Below are positions 52,313 through 64,000 of a stretch of DNA of 64,000 nucleotides, in pieces. The DNA comes from Botryllus schlosseri (taxonomy: Eukaryota). The notes under the pieces are model-generated. The model did no database searches, was not told the DNA's origin, and worked only from the letters and a program-made list of their open reading frames with translations. Each line of letters starts with the position of its first letter. The first letter of the stretch is position 1. The stretch covers positions 29,080,001-29,144,000 of the forward strand of contig CM119372.1 of NCBI GenBank assembly GCA_051294905.1, in the 5' to 3' direction. Position numbers and translations under genes: made by a program.

Positions 52313-53478
52313 TCTATACCATTGGATATTGTGAATTCTCACAAACAGGCCTCGCGGTATTTTTTTTCAAATTTGACGTACTTTGCCGATTTGAAAAAGT
52401 CGTTTTTTCGTCTCCGACAAGTGTCTTTTGAATAAATCCAAGGATCATAAATGATTTTGGATATTTAAGTTCCCAGGCATAGTAACAAGACATCAGGTCA
52501 ATCAGGCCTGGGATCCCTTGATCTTTTGTGCAGGGTATAGTGATATCATCCCCCAACACCCATCCCTGATGAACTCCGGACTCATGGAGGGCGATAAGTA
52601 GGTGCGCGGCGGGTCCAGTTTTAGGCATTCAACTTTAACATCATGTGCCTGAAACAATAAGAATGTATAAGTCATTCAATATTGCGGTTATTATTATCTG
52701 TAGTCAAAATATCAAATCATGACCAACATTACCAAACTAGATTGCTGAGGGACTGGCTAGCAAGAATAGAACTTGGAGGTCTGACTTATTTACTCACAGT
52801 TAACACTAATTGATGGCACGCTAAGAGTAGCATCAGTAACGAAATACTTTCACTTTTTTCGTATACTCAAGAAGGTTCTGCCTTGGGCGTTAGTCACAAA
52901 GATGCACCTTGCAATTGAAAAGGTGGATGAAATTTACGGCATTTCCTCCACTCTACTGTTGTAGCATGGATGACTACTTGGACCACCTCTGGACAGCCCT
53001 CTCACCCACAATACTCGGCAAGATATCATGGCTCAAAATTTTTAACCTATAATTACCTGCTGGACGACGATAGCGAGCAACTTTGATGTTGATTTCAAGC
53101 GCTTATCCGTCAATTCTTTTTGGAGGAATAGGAGACCTTTCACCTCTTACTTTCATCTTCTTCCTGGAAAATATCATTTTAATAATGTTATGATTAGATC
53201 ACGTGCATCTCTCCATGTATCTTAATGGATAACTTGGTAAATACAATTGTAATAAGTTGAAATATAAGCTACAGTTTTCTACAATTTTACTAGCATCGAG
53301 ATAACGGCTAATGGCGAAGCGTAAATAGCAGTAAGTTTGATACTACTCCGCGTATATTACCTGGCGAACTTTTTCATGTGTAATTATCAAGAGCTACAAT
53401 ATAATTCCATGGGTGGAAAATAGGCAAATTATACCCATTCCATCCATATAGCTGGGTTTAAATCAGGTTAGTTTGACA

Positions 53479-53959
53479 CAGGGTTGTAATGACTCGAGTC
53501 CGATTCGAGTTACGATTTTCTGATGACTCGAGTCATTTTCTCAAAATACGAAATTGACTCGACTTGAGTCAATCTGTGTATTGATTCGACTTGGACTCGA
53601 GTCATTGCGCATGACTCGTACCAGGTCACATGACTCGAGACTTAACCGGCCAAGACTTCATTGTAATTTCGAAGAATAGTAAATGCGACTAGAAACTGCT
53701 AAAAGTGGGGAAAATTAGTATATTATAAATGCGAACCATTCGATATCAACACAGGCACAAAAATTGGGTTTAACAAGACTTTAGCTGCAAACTCAGCAGT
53801 CAAAACAATGACTTGGACACGGACTAGAGTCATAATACCATGACTCGGACTCGCTCAATGACTTGGACTTGACTCGAGGTGGTGAATTGAAAATGACTCA
53901 ATTTGACTAGAGTCAAAACTATAAAAGTGTGATTGACTTGTGACTCGGTTACAACCCTG
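53479..53959. mobile_element. hAT-type MITE (GACTCG-repeat family)
   Basis: TIRs CAGGGTTGTAA/TTACAACCCTG; TSD GTTTGACA/GTTTTACA. Confidence 0.85.
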
Positions 53960-54175
53960 GTTTTACATGTATACCAGCTGTACTTTTCTGCCCTCTTTCA
54001 AAATCATCCCTTAGGGCAGTGGTTCCCAACCTTTTTCCACCCACGTACCACATCGAGGTTTTATGCAGTGCTCGCGTACCACCTACACAATTTACGCACG
54101 CTCTGGGCGGTCAAAAATATTTTCAATATTTATGACGTCATACCCACGTATTTTAGCTATGTGAGGTGTAATAAC

Positions 54176-55823
54176 TAGGGCGAATTTTTACTTAAAAATC
54201 TGAGGATTTTGATGTAAAAAAAACTTCATTTTGACCGAATTTTGAGTACACGTACTCAAATTATGTGTTTTCGCACTTCATGTTAAAATTGTACTACTTA
54301 TATTTATTTCTGGTTGAGACTGTCTGTCCTTACGAAGTAGTTTGACCTGAAGATGCGTTTTTGACTGAAAAACTGACAAATTTTGCCATGAAAAAACTTT
54401 ATTGTACCGATATCTGGCCCAGTAGTTACACCACGTATTATGGTACACTTAATTAAAATTTGTTGTAGTACAACGAAACATACTTCGGGTAGAAGGTGTA
54501 TGTCCTTACTAAGTAGCTTGCCAAGGAAATACCGTGTAACAGCAGTAGTTGTTGGCTGACAACACTGAAGCTGTACGTACACTGCTGATGACGCAACGCC
54601 TTGCTCTATTCTGACAATGTTGTCATACGTCACAATTCTTCATCATGCCCTTCTTGATAAAATAACCATGCAAGGACCAAGCAATCCTGCTTCAGTTAAG
54701 ATATTGCGGTACGTTATTGAGCATAACACCATGTCACTTGTCAACCTATTTGTTTCGTTTGACAGTTTATGATCCACGATGAGCAGACAAGGGGCCGCCT
54801 GCAACCAGCACCGTAACTGCCGCACCCCAAACCCCCCAATTGGGGGGGCCCGAACTCGAAGGGGCCCCAAAATTATTTCGTGAATTAGCATAAATCATGG
54901 AGTATTTTTTGAAAATTTATGCAATTTTTTCAAAACTTTTTCGCGCGGTGCGCGAATTCAAGGAGCCATTTATACTTATTATTGGGTATTGGGCCATTAC
55001 CGCGCCACGACCCACCAATACATACAATCAAGTTTTAGGCCATATAACATGCGACTCCAAGAAGTGTGCCAGAACGATCGGCAGCGAGAAAACCTTGACC
55101 GAAAAGGTCTATGCGCTTATGCTAAATGAAGACTTCGTTATATATACAAAATACATATAGGTTTAATTGTCCATAGGCGCCTAAATGACTGGCGCCGAAT
55201 GTTCCTGTCTTTGCAATCTGAACCTCACAAGACAAATACCATCCCGCTGGAAAAATTTTTATGCCAGTGAAGAAATACCAATCTGAAATCGTGTGCGTCG
55301 CTTAGTCTAGAAGCCTACGTTTGGGCGATTCTATATTTTTTGATATAGCAGACTGGAAGTCACGAAATAACATCATGTAACGAAGTCATATCAACGGGTC
55401 CGCCCGTCCGAAGATGTTTAATGATTATTTACGGGCCCTCCCGTTTTCACGACACTTCACTCAGCTCTACCGGTAAATCTAATTACGTGAGTAGAGAGGA
55501 CAATAAATTGATAGCATAATATATATGCAATCGCCGATCTGATTGACCGATTTTATCATAAATTATCGAAGATTTTCGCGCTTCGCGCTGGCTCAATTCC
55601 GTCTATAACCCTATGGGGGGCCCAAGACCAAAGTTTTTTTTTTTTGGGGGGGGGGGGCTGACGAAGTGCTGTTACGGCCCTGCCTACAACGGTAGGCGTA
55701 TAAAGTGGGCTACAAGATGTATAATATGAAAATCTACGATACAAACGAAATGGAGGGGTCAAAAATTTTTCTGACTTTGTCAATAATTTTGACAATTTTT
55801 TGACTTAACACTTAATCGCCCTA
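54176..55823. mobile_element. Non-autonomous TIR element with 8-bp TSD, nested
   Basis: TAGGGCGA/TCGCCCTA ends; exact TSD GTAATAAC; second diverged copy at ~13950-14680. Confidence 0.8.
54806..55682. mobile_element. MITE (family of 30900-31592), innermost nested element
   Basis: TSD CCTGCAAC/CCTACAAC; collinear similarity to 30900-31592. Confidence 0.8.
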
Positions 55824-58800
55824 GTAATAACAAATTCTATTAAACTAGGCATTACCAGCCCGGGATGATGAGATGCATGGAATTGTTTTTTCACCACTTG
55901 TCAAAAAACTTCAAAAAATTCAAAATCAACCCTTCCTGAACTAATAACTTCCTTCGGTCGAAAAAATAACCAAAATCTACTCGCGTACCACTTGGAAGAC
56001 CTTCGCGTACCACTAGTGGTACGCGTACCACAGGTTGGGAACCACTGCCTTAGGGGGTTCCACTTTGATCTAAAATTCTAAATGATAGTCAAATAATTCT
56101 GCGAAAAACAGTAGGTAGGAGAATGATAAATGATCTAGTATACGGTACTGACCGTTTCTCCAGACATTCCACCGATTATTGTATCCACGGTGGAAAGCAT
56201 AGTGCGGTAGCGCTGTATGATTTCTGCTGTCGAGCACGATGTCAAAAGCTCGAATTCTTCTCGGATCTCAACATTGAAAAAGGGCATTACTATGTTATCA
56301 TCAGTTATCACTAAGTTTTTGCAACTTTGGCAACTTTTTTTACAGCTTCTGACAGCTTCGTAGATACTCATAATCTATGTACTATGGTGTTTTAAGCTGT
56401 CTGGAGATATTTTATAGTGCAACTTTTCTCTATTTTATAGCCAATTTTTGCTGCAACTTTTATAGAGCTTCTTGGAGGTACAGAACTTCAATATACAATT
56501 GAATAGTATTTTCATATTGAAATGAACCCGAATATTTTCGGCTGACACTCGTCAGGGGTAATCGTCAGCAACTAGTAGAGAATCGGAAAGAATATTGTAC
56601 ATCAACAATCGTATCACAAAATATGACGTCACCAGCATGAAATTTCGAATGAGAGAGCATTCAATGTACTATTTTTAGGTGGTACACGAGGAGTTCGTCG
56701 TTGACAGCTGTGCAGGAATTAGGTTATACAACGGAGCCTTTTGAGTATCTCATACCTAAATAATTCAACAAAAATTTTAAATGCAACTTTTGACTGCAGC
56801 TTTTGTCAAAATTAAATGCAACTTTTTTGTGATTTTAGTGCAACAGAAACTTGCCCTAGTTATCACTTACTCACTGAAAATGAGAGTAAATTGAGCACAT
56901 TCTTTCCAAGAGTTAACATACTCACTAGTTTCACATTGAAAAAATATGGAAATTTCTTTAGTATTTCTCGCACACTTTGTGTAGTCATTTCTGCCAATAT
57001 ATCGCGACGCGAGCGAAGCGATTTTCGAAACAGAACACTGATCTTTGCCCAGTCCGGAGTATGTTTTGTATACTTTTTCATCAGACTTGCTTCGTTCCCA
57101 AACTCTATTTGGTCAATGCCTTGAGGAAATATTACCCAAGTGTTACGAAAACATGGAACTGATTGAGACCATGTTAGATGCTACCTTCGATTGTATATAA
57201 TGGTATCTTGATCGTTTTCTTTCTCCTGTGACGAATGTTTCGTTTTTTCGAGAAATGTGTCTGTAATTGAGAAACTCGTTTAATGACTATAGGTCGAGAA
57301 ACTTGTAATATACACTTACCCAGTGATTACGCCCAATAAATTGCAGGCATGTATACTTTTGACAAAGAAGCCTCGAGTATTCGGAAATTTTACTTTGGAT
57401 GTCATATCACCTTGTGATAAGACATGGTATGCACACTCCTCAACAACCGCATCTATACAATGGGCAACTCTTCCATGTTGCAATGCGGATGCAACATGGG
57501 CACTGAATTTTTCTTGCTGGTAGTTGCGATTCCGGGTTCACTACTTCCTGGATTCGTTAGAATTTCTTCCGCCTAAAATGTGATAGTACTCAATTTATGC
57601 GAGCATTCGATGGCATATAGTTTTGCAAATGTTCACACCGAAACGCAAGTACTTGATGAGGGCAAGACAGGCGAGTCCTCCGTACTAACTTCTCTTTCCC
57701 TCTGACTGAGTTCACTTTTCTGTAAAATATACTTCCATGTAAAGGTGAATGCAATAATTACTCCAATAAGTTCTACACACATCAAGAGCTTGTGATCGAG
57801 AAGTCATTGGATGTTCAAAATCACTATTTGGAGCAGGAACATGGGATACTACAATGATCTTGCTGTTTTCGATAGACGTCAACCACTTCTGCAAGACAAG
57901 ATTAGATGATAAACATCACTCCTTTTTACAATGGAAAATTCGTAGCTATGAATATGGAAACAATATACTCACATCTCTCAGGCTCATCAAACGACGCATG
58001 ACACCCACTTTGAAATTCATTTTAATAAAATCATCATCCACCAGTAATCCAAAAGCCGAGCTACATACATCATTTTCTGAAAGAAAATACATGCTTCGTA
58101 GTCCCAAACGTATGAAATAATAATCACATCACTAGCTTTAGCAGGACGACCTTCAAAGGCACCACACCTGATCAACATTCCTGCTAATAATATACTGTGT
58201 GTCACCAAATTTGTGACTGATTTGCAGAACTCAAAAGCATCACTACTTTCTACGGCAAATGCATTGAATTTGGACTCGAAACGCAATACATTGGAGCGGC
58301 GGTATATGCAAAATATACTCCCCGATGCTTGTACAAACGTTTTAACGCAATTGAATTCAGGGTAGCTGTTTTGACAAGAACCTAGACCAGTCTTTACAGT
58401 ACATTACACCAGAACAACACTCGACTTCATTTTAATGTTATAACAAAATAAGTACAAATATAAAGATTTACATGGTGGTGATAACCTTGAATCACAGGCT
58501 GAGAATTCTTGATTGATATATACTTGGATGCAGAACGAACAAGAAATTACACAAATAGTTTCGGCATTATCGTTACACTGCTCGTAAAATGTATACATAA
58601 GTATGCACGTTGATGCGAGTATCATATGATGCAACGTTACCGGTACAACACAAAATTAAAGAACAGTTGTAGGCTGTACCATCTGTATCTAAAGCGTGCA
58701 ATCCACCAAGAAACATTGCTGCACGTTAGCAAATAATAGTCGAGCTGTTTACATGCAAAACAGCGCTATTTGACATAACCTTATCAAAGAGAACCTACAT

Positions 58801-59893
58801 TGATAGCTTTCTATGATTTGTGTGATCGATATACTTAACACTTACCGTTCAATAAGTCGACGTGTCTCTCTGCTCTATACCGCGTCCTAGCAGAAAATCG
58901 GCCAATTTTAAATCCGTGGCGTCAACTACGAATAACTCTTGCAGCCAACTTTACTCTTGAAACTGAAAATTCTGTGGACGTTCTCACTCTTCCCGCGACT
59001 GTCACACCATCGAGCGTGCGATACCACATCGTTTGTGACGTAATATTACGAGAAGAGGAAAATGAGGAATGAGCTCGATTTAGCTCACCTTTATGTCACT
59101 CAGGCGAAAACACACGCCGCTCTCTCGCTATGCCGGTGTTTACTTCACACTCACGCATCTCGAGAGATGGAAAAAAGTCATATTGTGTTTTAATGTAACG
59201 CTTGGAATTTAGAGTGTACTCTTTTGCGTAACGACGGAAAGAGTGTTTGATCGACCTGAGCGCAGTTTGTTACGGACAGGAGAAATGGTAATGAGTCTCC
59301 AACCTCACATCCAATGTTCTTACTAGTGAAACGCTCGGAAAGGTTAGCAAAACCTCATCTTGTCGCAATATTGACGAGAAGTTGCATATCTTACCAGGCT
59401 GAATCGATATCACACATCAAGCGGTTGTTTTAATAATGTGACTTCCCAAATGGCCATTACTGTACTTGCAAAGTATAAGGAAATGAATTGCATTTCCAAC
59501 AGTCGCAATTCGATACCGCCGAATGAGTCTGGCTGGTAGCTAATGTCCACAGCTGCATTTATATAGAAAATAGGTTATTTGTTGAGACTATGATCACATT
59601 TGCTATCTTTTAGAATTGTCACATGTCACTTCCATATGGTGGTTCACGTAGTTATCAGAATATACGAAGTTTAGCAATAAAAGAAATTCTATCGGTATAC
59701 AATATGACGATTGCACCTAGTAAAATACTCGACGCTTTTAGACCAGTAATAGCCAACCGGAGAGTCGCAGAAATTTAGAATGCTCGAAAGTGCTGCAAGA
59801 TTACGAGATATCGCAAAAGGCTGCTATGTCCATTCACCTGACCTAGCTCAGAGGATCTAAAATGGCGTCCGCGGTCCTTTTAATACAATTTTA

Positions 59894-60157
59894 CGTGGAT
59901 AGATAGCGTAGTGGTTGCGGCACCAATGGGTTGCGGGTTCGAGTCCGACCGAGGTCGACTCTGGAATTCCTACCAAATTGTTGGAGGTTTAGCTAGGCTC
60001 TTCCTCGCCATCTCATCCATGGAAGCTGGGTCTTATGAACGCCTAGAAGTGGGCCGTGCTACAAGTCGGCGGCTACGGAATAAATACTGACGAAAATCGG
60101 CCTGGTGTGAATGAACATAGTAGTCGACAAACAACATGAATACCACAAACAAAGAAG
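59894..60157 (+). mobile_element. tRNA-derived SINE (family A), independent copy
   Basis: Collinear with 29306-29570; flanked by an ACAATTTTA duplication. Confidence 0.85.
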
Positions 60158-61271
60158 ACAATTTTATGGGACCACGAAGCACCTTCCAAAAAATAAAATG
60201 CGGCATACAAAATCTTTCACTCTAATTTTCCAACTAAACTCGAAGCACGATGGAGGCTTAAAATTACTTCCTTAATAAGCATAAAGTGAAGTATTGTAGG
60301 CAGATTTATTCAACTGGAATTTTTCTTCCGAGGTTGTCGTGATTAATGTCACTATATTTATTGATTTCATTATAATAAGCACAATTTACAGAAATGAGTC
60401 TGTAAACGCGATCATCAGGAAACGATGAGTTTCTGACATCGCTTGGAAACGATGGGATAGTGTAGCTCTGGAATGTGCAGCCTGTGGATGCGAAACATTT
60501 AGGTATCGACATTCTGGCTCCGGCCCTTTTCCGCCCCAACACACACAAAGATATATGTGGATTTGTCCAATATGCCAGGCCACGAAGTGTGCCAAAAAGA
60601 TCAGAGGCGATATAAAGGTGGCCAAAATATGACCACCGCATGTTGACCGAAACCTTCGATATTCATACGTTCTGGTGCCTGTTCTGCAATTTGAGCACCC
60701 CGGTATAAATGCGGCTCGTGATGGAAAATAATTCACCACGTGAAAGAATGCGAAATCAGGATCGTAAGTGTTTCACGAAATAAGTTATTCTGTTAGTTTG
60801 GTCTGGTATGTGTGAGCGATTCCATTATCTTTTGAGTAGCGACAATCATTAAGTAATTTGACGGAATAAGATCACCCATGCTTCATCAAAGTAATTATTA
60901 GCAATACGTCGCCTGACGCTAACATTCGTAAATCAGATCCGAATCAGATTGGTTGTAACTAGGACTGTATTAAAACAAAAATCATTTGAAAACAATTATT
61001 TATAAAGCATAGCCCTTGTTTAAAACGTGCTCTTATTGTAGTTTTGTGCCGTGATTCGTTCAAGACGAAAACTATAACATCTGGAATTACAATACAGTGG
61101 TTAGCGTGGGTGCTTGTCATGGAATGCAGGAATGTGATATACTTGCATTCAAAAAATATTTACACGCGAAAAAATCACCGATAAGAGTCCAAAGCATATA
61201 TGCATATTGCTTCTTTCTCACTCTATGCAACTGAATTGTAATTTGAAAATAATGTCCAATTCTATCTATGT

Positions 61272-62133
61272 CAGGGGTGGCCAACCTTTTCGGTCAAATG
61301 ACCACGTGAGTTTTACGAACCATTGCGCGGGCAACTTGAATGTTGATAACATTTATTTAGTCGTCCGATAGAAATGAACCGAATTCGGTAACATTGAAAA
61401 CAAGACTTGTATGACTACTCTTTAAAATTGATAACAGTTATGGCATGAAACTCCGTTTCAACTGTACAGTGTGCACTCACTGTGCAGTCATGCCCTGGTC
61501 GCGCAAAGCAGGAAATTTTTTTAAAGGTATTGAATGAATTCAATAAATATTCGATCAATTCGATCAACTTGCATATATTGGGGATCGCCTCTGTATAGCA
61601 ATGGGCTCATTTGGCAAGGACATGATTATTTGGCATTTCGACGGTTTGGGTGAACAATCCTCTGTCATTTAGTGAAAATGTTTCTACGCCGTCGATCTTG
61701 CTTCGAGCGCACAAGCAAAGTCGCATGTTGGACGACACGTTATCACCTAGTTGCGAGTATAGTTGGACTCTATTCTATAAATTACGCGTATTTAAAATTT
61801 CTAGGAGGGTTTCCAATACTAAATGCAAGAAATGTGACAATAAACCATGCGAAGTGTTAAGAAAAACTTCAAGCCAAATAAATCTGCTACGAAATATTCA
61901 ACTTTATGGTCATATACGAAGATCTGAGACGAATGTGGCTGGCCCCTAGTTACGCCAATGCGTCGAAACTGATGTCTTAGTCATCATCAAATTTCGCAGT
62001 CCGACTAATCAAATTTGGGTTGGCCTTGCAATTTTACCTAATGTTATATCCAATTTCAAAAATTACCTCGCAGGCCACACAAAACCTTTTCGCGGGCCAC
62101 ATTTGGCCAGCGGGCACAATTTGGCCGCCCCTG
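61272..62133. mobile_element. hAT-type MITE
   Basis: CAGGGGTGGCCAA/TTGGCCGCCCCTG ends; degenerate TSD ATCTATGT/ATCTGTAT. Confidence 0.75.
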
Positions 62134-62868
62134 ATCTGTATCTTTACTAATAACAGTGATTGATGGTACATAAAAATCCTATTATAGTTATTATTAGTAA
62201 TTTAAAGGTACATTTGTAAGTGATTGTTTTCATGATAAAGAAGTTGGAGTGGGAGTCGGAGTCGAAGTCAGGGTCATTTTCACGACTCCGACTCCAACTC
62301 CATCAACCGAAAATTAGCCAAACTCTCACTCCGACTCCACCGACTCCGACTCCGACTCCACAGCCCTGCTTGAAACGGTTGAAAGTAGGATAAATGCTTT
62401 CACCAGAGGCCGCTTATAGGACAAATTTGTTGAGAAGCCGTCGCGAGCCCAACAAATTGTCTCGCGAACTGCACTTTCAGCACATCTGCATTATTTTAAA
62501 AATAGGGGAATTTGTATGTAAAGGTGAGATTTCAAATAGCAGTTGAACATACTGCCAGCGAAAACAGCTAATAGGAACATACATTCGTAAACAACTAGTT
62601 GTCTACTTTACAGTTCGAAAAACAATAATTTGGCAGGTACCTTAAAAACGTAAAGCAAAATTCACCCCTGACAATTACATCATTTCCCAGAAGGGGGAAA
62701 TTCCCCCTGGCTGGGAATCACTGGCCTAGTCAGTTTCAGATTGTTCAATGTCCCCAAAATTTAATTACTTCGTCAGGTCAGAATTGCATTATTACCACAC
62801 ACGTGCGACCCCATCGTCCGTTTACCATATGTTCCCCACGAACTATAGGAAAATCCATCGGTCCAGGG

Positions 62869-63190
62869 CAGTGATTCTCAAACTTTTTTGACACTCCCCC
62901 CTTTATGATACTGAAAAATTTCGCGCGCCCCTTTTCGTCATATTGAAAAATGCAAACAGAACGCTGGCAATTTTAACGAATAGTTCGATGGCATGGAAGA
63001 TTATGAGTGTTGATGAGAGAATTACGAAATATAAAATTCGGACTGTACAGAGATCAATAATTATGAAATGGAGGCAAATCGCGTGGAGCGCCAAAAATAT
63101 TTCTGGTTGACCGCATCTTCGCGCCCCCCCCCATTCATATGCTTTCACTAGCCCCAAGGAGGGGAGGTCACCCCAGTTTGAGAACCACTG
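62869..63190. mobile_element. hAT-type MITE
   Basis: CAGTGATTCTCAAAC/GTTTGAGAACCACTG; TSD GTCCAGGG/GTCCAGAA. Confidence 0.8.
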
Positions 63191-64000
63191 GTCCAGAAGT
63201 TCTCAAAGCATTTCAGAGAGTGACCCATGTTCTGAGTTTTCATTAACAACTCGCGGTTCAAGCTTATCACTTCAAAATAACCGCGATTTTGTTGCTGATG
63301 ATACAACATTTTATAAGCATTTGTGAGCTGGAGACGATGCAGACAACCGTTCGTTGTACGATAAGCGGGTATGCGAAACATGATTCATTTAAAATATTAT
63401 TCAATTCAGTGAGGTTGACGTCACTGAATCTTTTATTGCGTAACTGTTTTGTATTTTGCGCTATGCGTTTGCGTACACCTAAACCACGTATTTCCTTAGC
63501 AGGAAACTCAAACTCACGGATCCTCGGATAGTTGAAATTGACAATTGATTTTTTTTAAAGCAAGCACATAACAGCGATCAAGCACTTAGCATGCATGCGA
63601 GATGTTGGAGGATATAGATCAGTGGTTCTCAACCTTTTTGTCTTCGCGGACCCCTTTCAGACCGTCACGGCCCCCGCGGACCCCAACGAAGTTTTAATTC
63701 AAATTTTCCTCAATTATCGTGCAATCACGTCATCTTTTACAAATGATAACTGTCGGCTTAGTGATATACGGCAACGAAATGACTTTTCTTGGAAATAAGA
63801 TCATACTATTCATGTAGAAATTTGGTTGACTTCTATTATTTCAAATCGAATTCTGCAACTGCTTTTCCTGAAATACGTGGTAGTGTTTTGAAAATACCCA
63901 ACGAAAGTGCCGAAAACCCATTTCCACAAATATAGGTGTCGACAAATGTAATGAGACCGCGTAACGCTTCAGACGGCACATTTGGGTATGATCGCAACAA

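Larger units (their letters stand above)
54017..56047. mobile_element. hAT-type MITE hosting two nested elements
   Basis: TIRs CAGTGGTTCCCAACC/GGTTGGGAACCACTG; exact TSD CCTTAGGG. Confidence 0.9.
51298..59216 (-). mobile_element. EnSpm/CACTA-like DNA transposon, decayed, with nested insertions
   Basis: TIRs CACTCTAAATT(T/C)CA with TA on both sides. Minus-strand spliced remnants: LRFESKFNAF (~58260-58290, like the CACTA transposase MRFE.K motif), RSRRDIL...EILKKFPYF (56900-57080) and LMSCYYAWELKYPK...LGFIQK (52420-52500), which resemble the SAMD3-like accessory ORF of animal EnSpm. Confidence 0.65.

Noticed and set aside
60306..60739. Two overlapping 111-117 aa minus-strand ORFs
   Set aside because: No recognisable motif or convincing splice context; probably chance ORFs.

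Overview
AT-rich, repeat-dense eukaryotic DNA with spliced genes, SINEs, LINEs and MITEs, most likely from an invertebrate animal. The main feature is a family of giant (~14 kb) palindromic elements that have Polinton/Maverick termini but no recognisable Polinton genes. Element 2 (16228-30278) is complete: 5'-AGTAGT...ACTACT-3' ends, a 6-bp TSD (TCCGTA), two near-identical ~6.5-kb inverted arms and a 955-bp spacer. Element 1 (<1-12619) is a diverged relative with the same arm/spacer junction and a homologous 922-bp spacer. Element 3 (48966-~51297) is a truncated third member. Each element's arms match each other far better than they match the other elements. Element 2 even carries one SINE insertion mirrored in both arms, which points to arm-to-arm copying. 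Element 2 lies in an intron of a minus-strand C-type lectin (pseudo)gene (exons at 40107, 38973 and 12826; ~26-kb second intron), and element 1 truncates its last exon. The rest of the window holds a decayed CR1/L2-type LINE, a full-length decayed RTE LINE, an EnSpm/CACTA-like element with three nested insertion levels, a hAT (Charlie-like) transposase remnant, tRNA-derived SINEs and many MITEs with 8-bp TSDs. All family assignments come from motif recognition by eye; no database searches were run.
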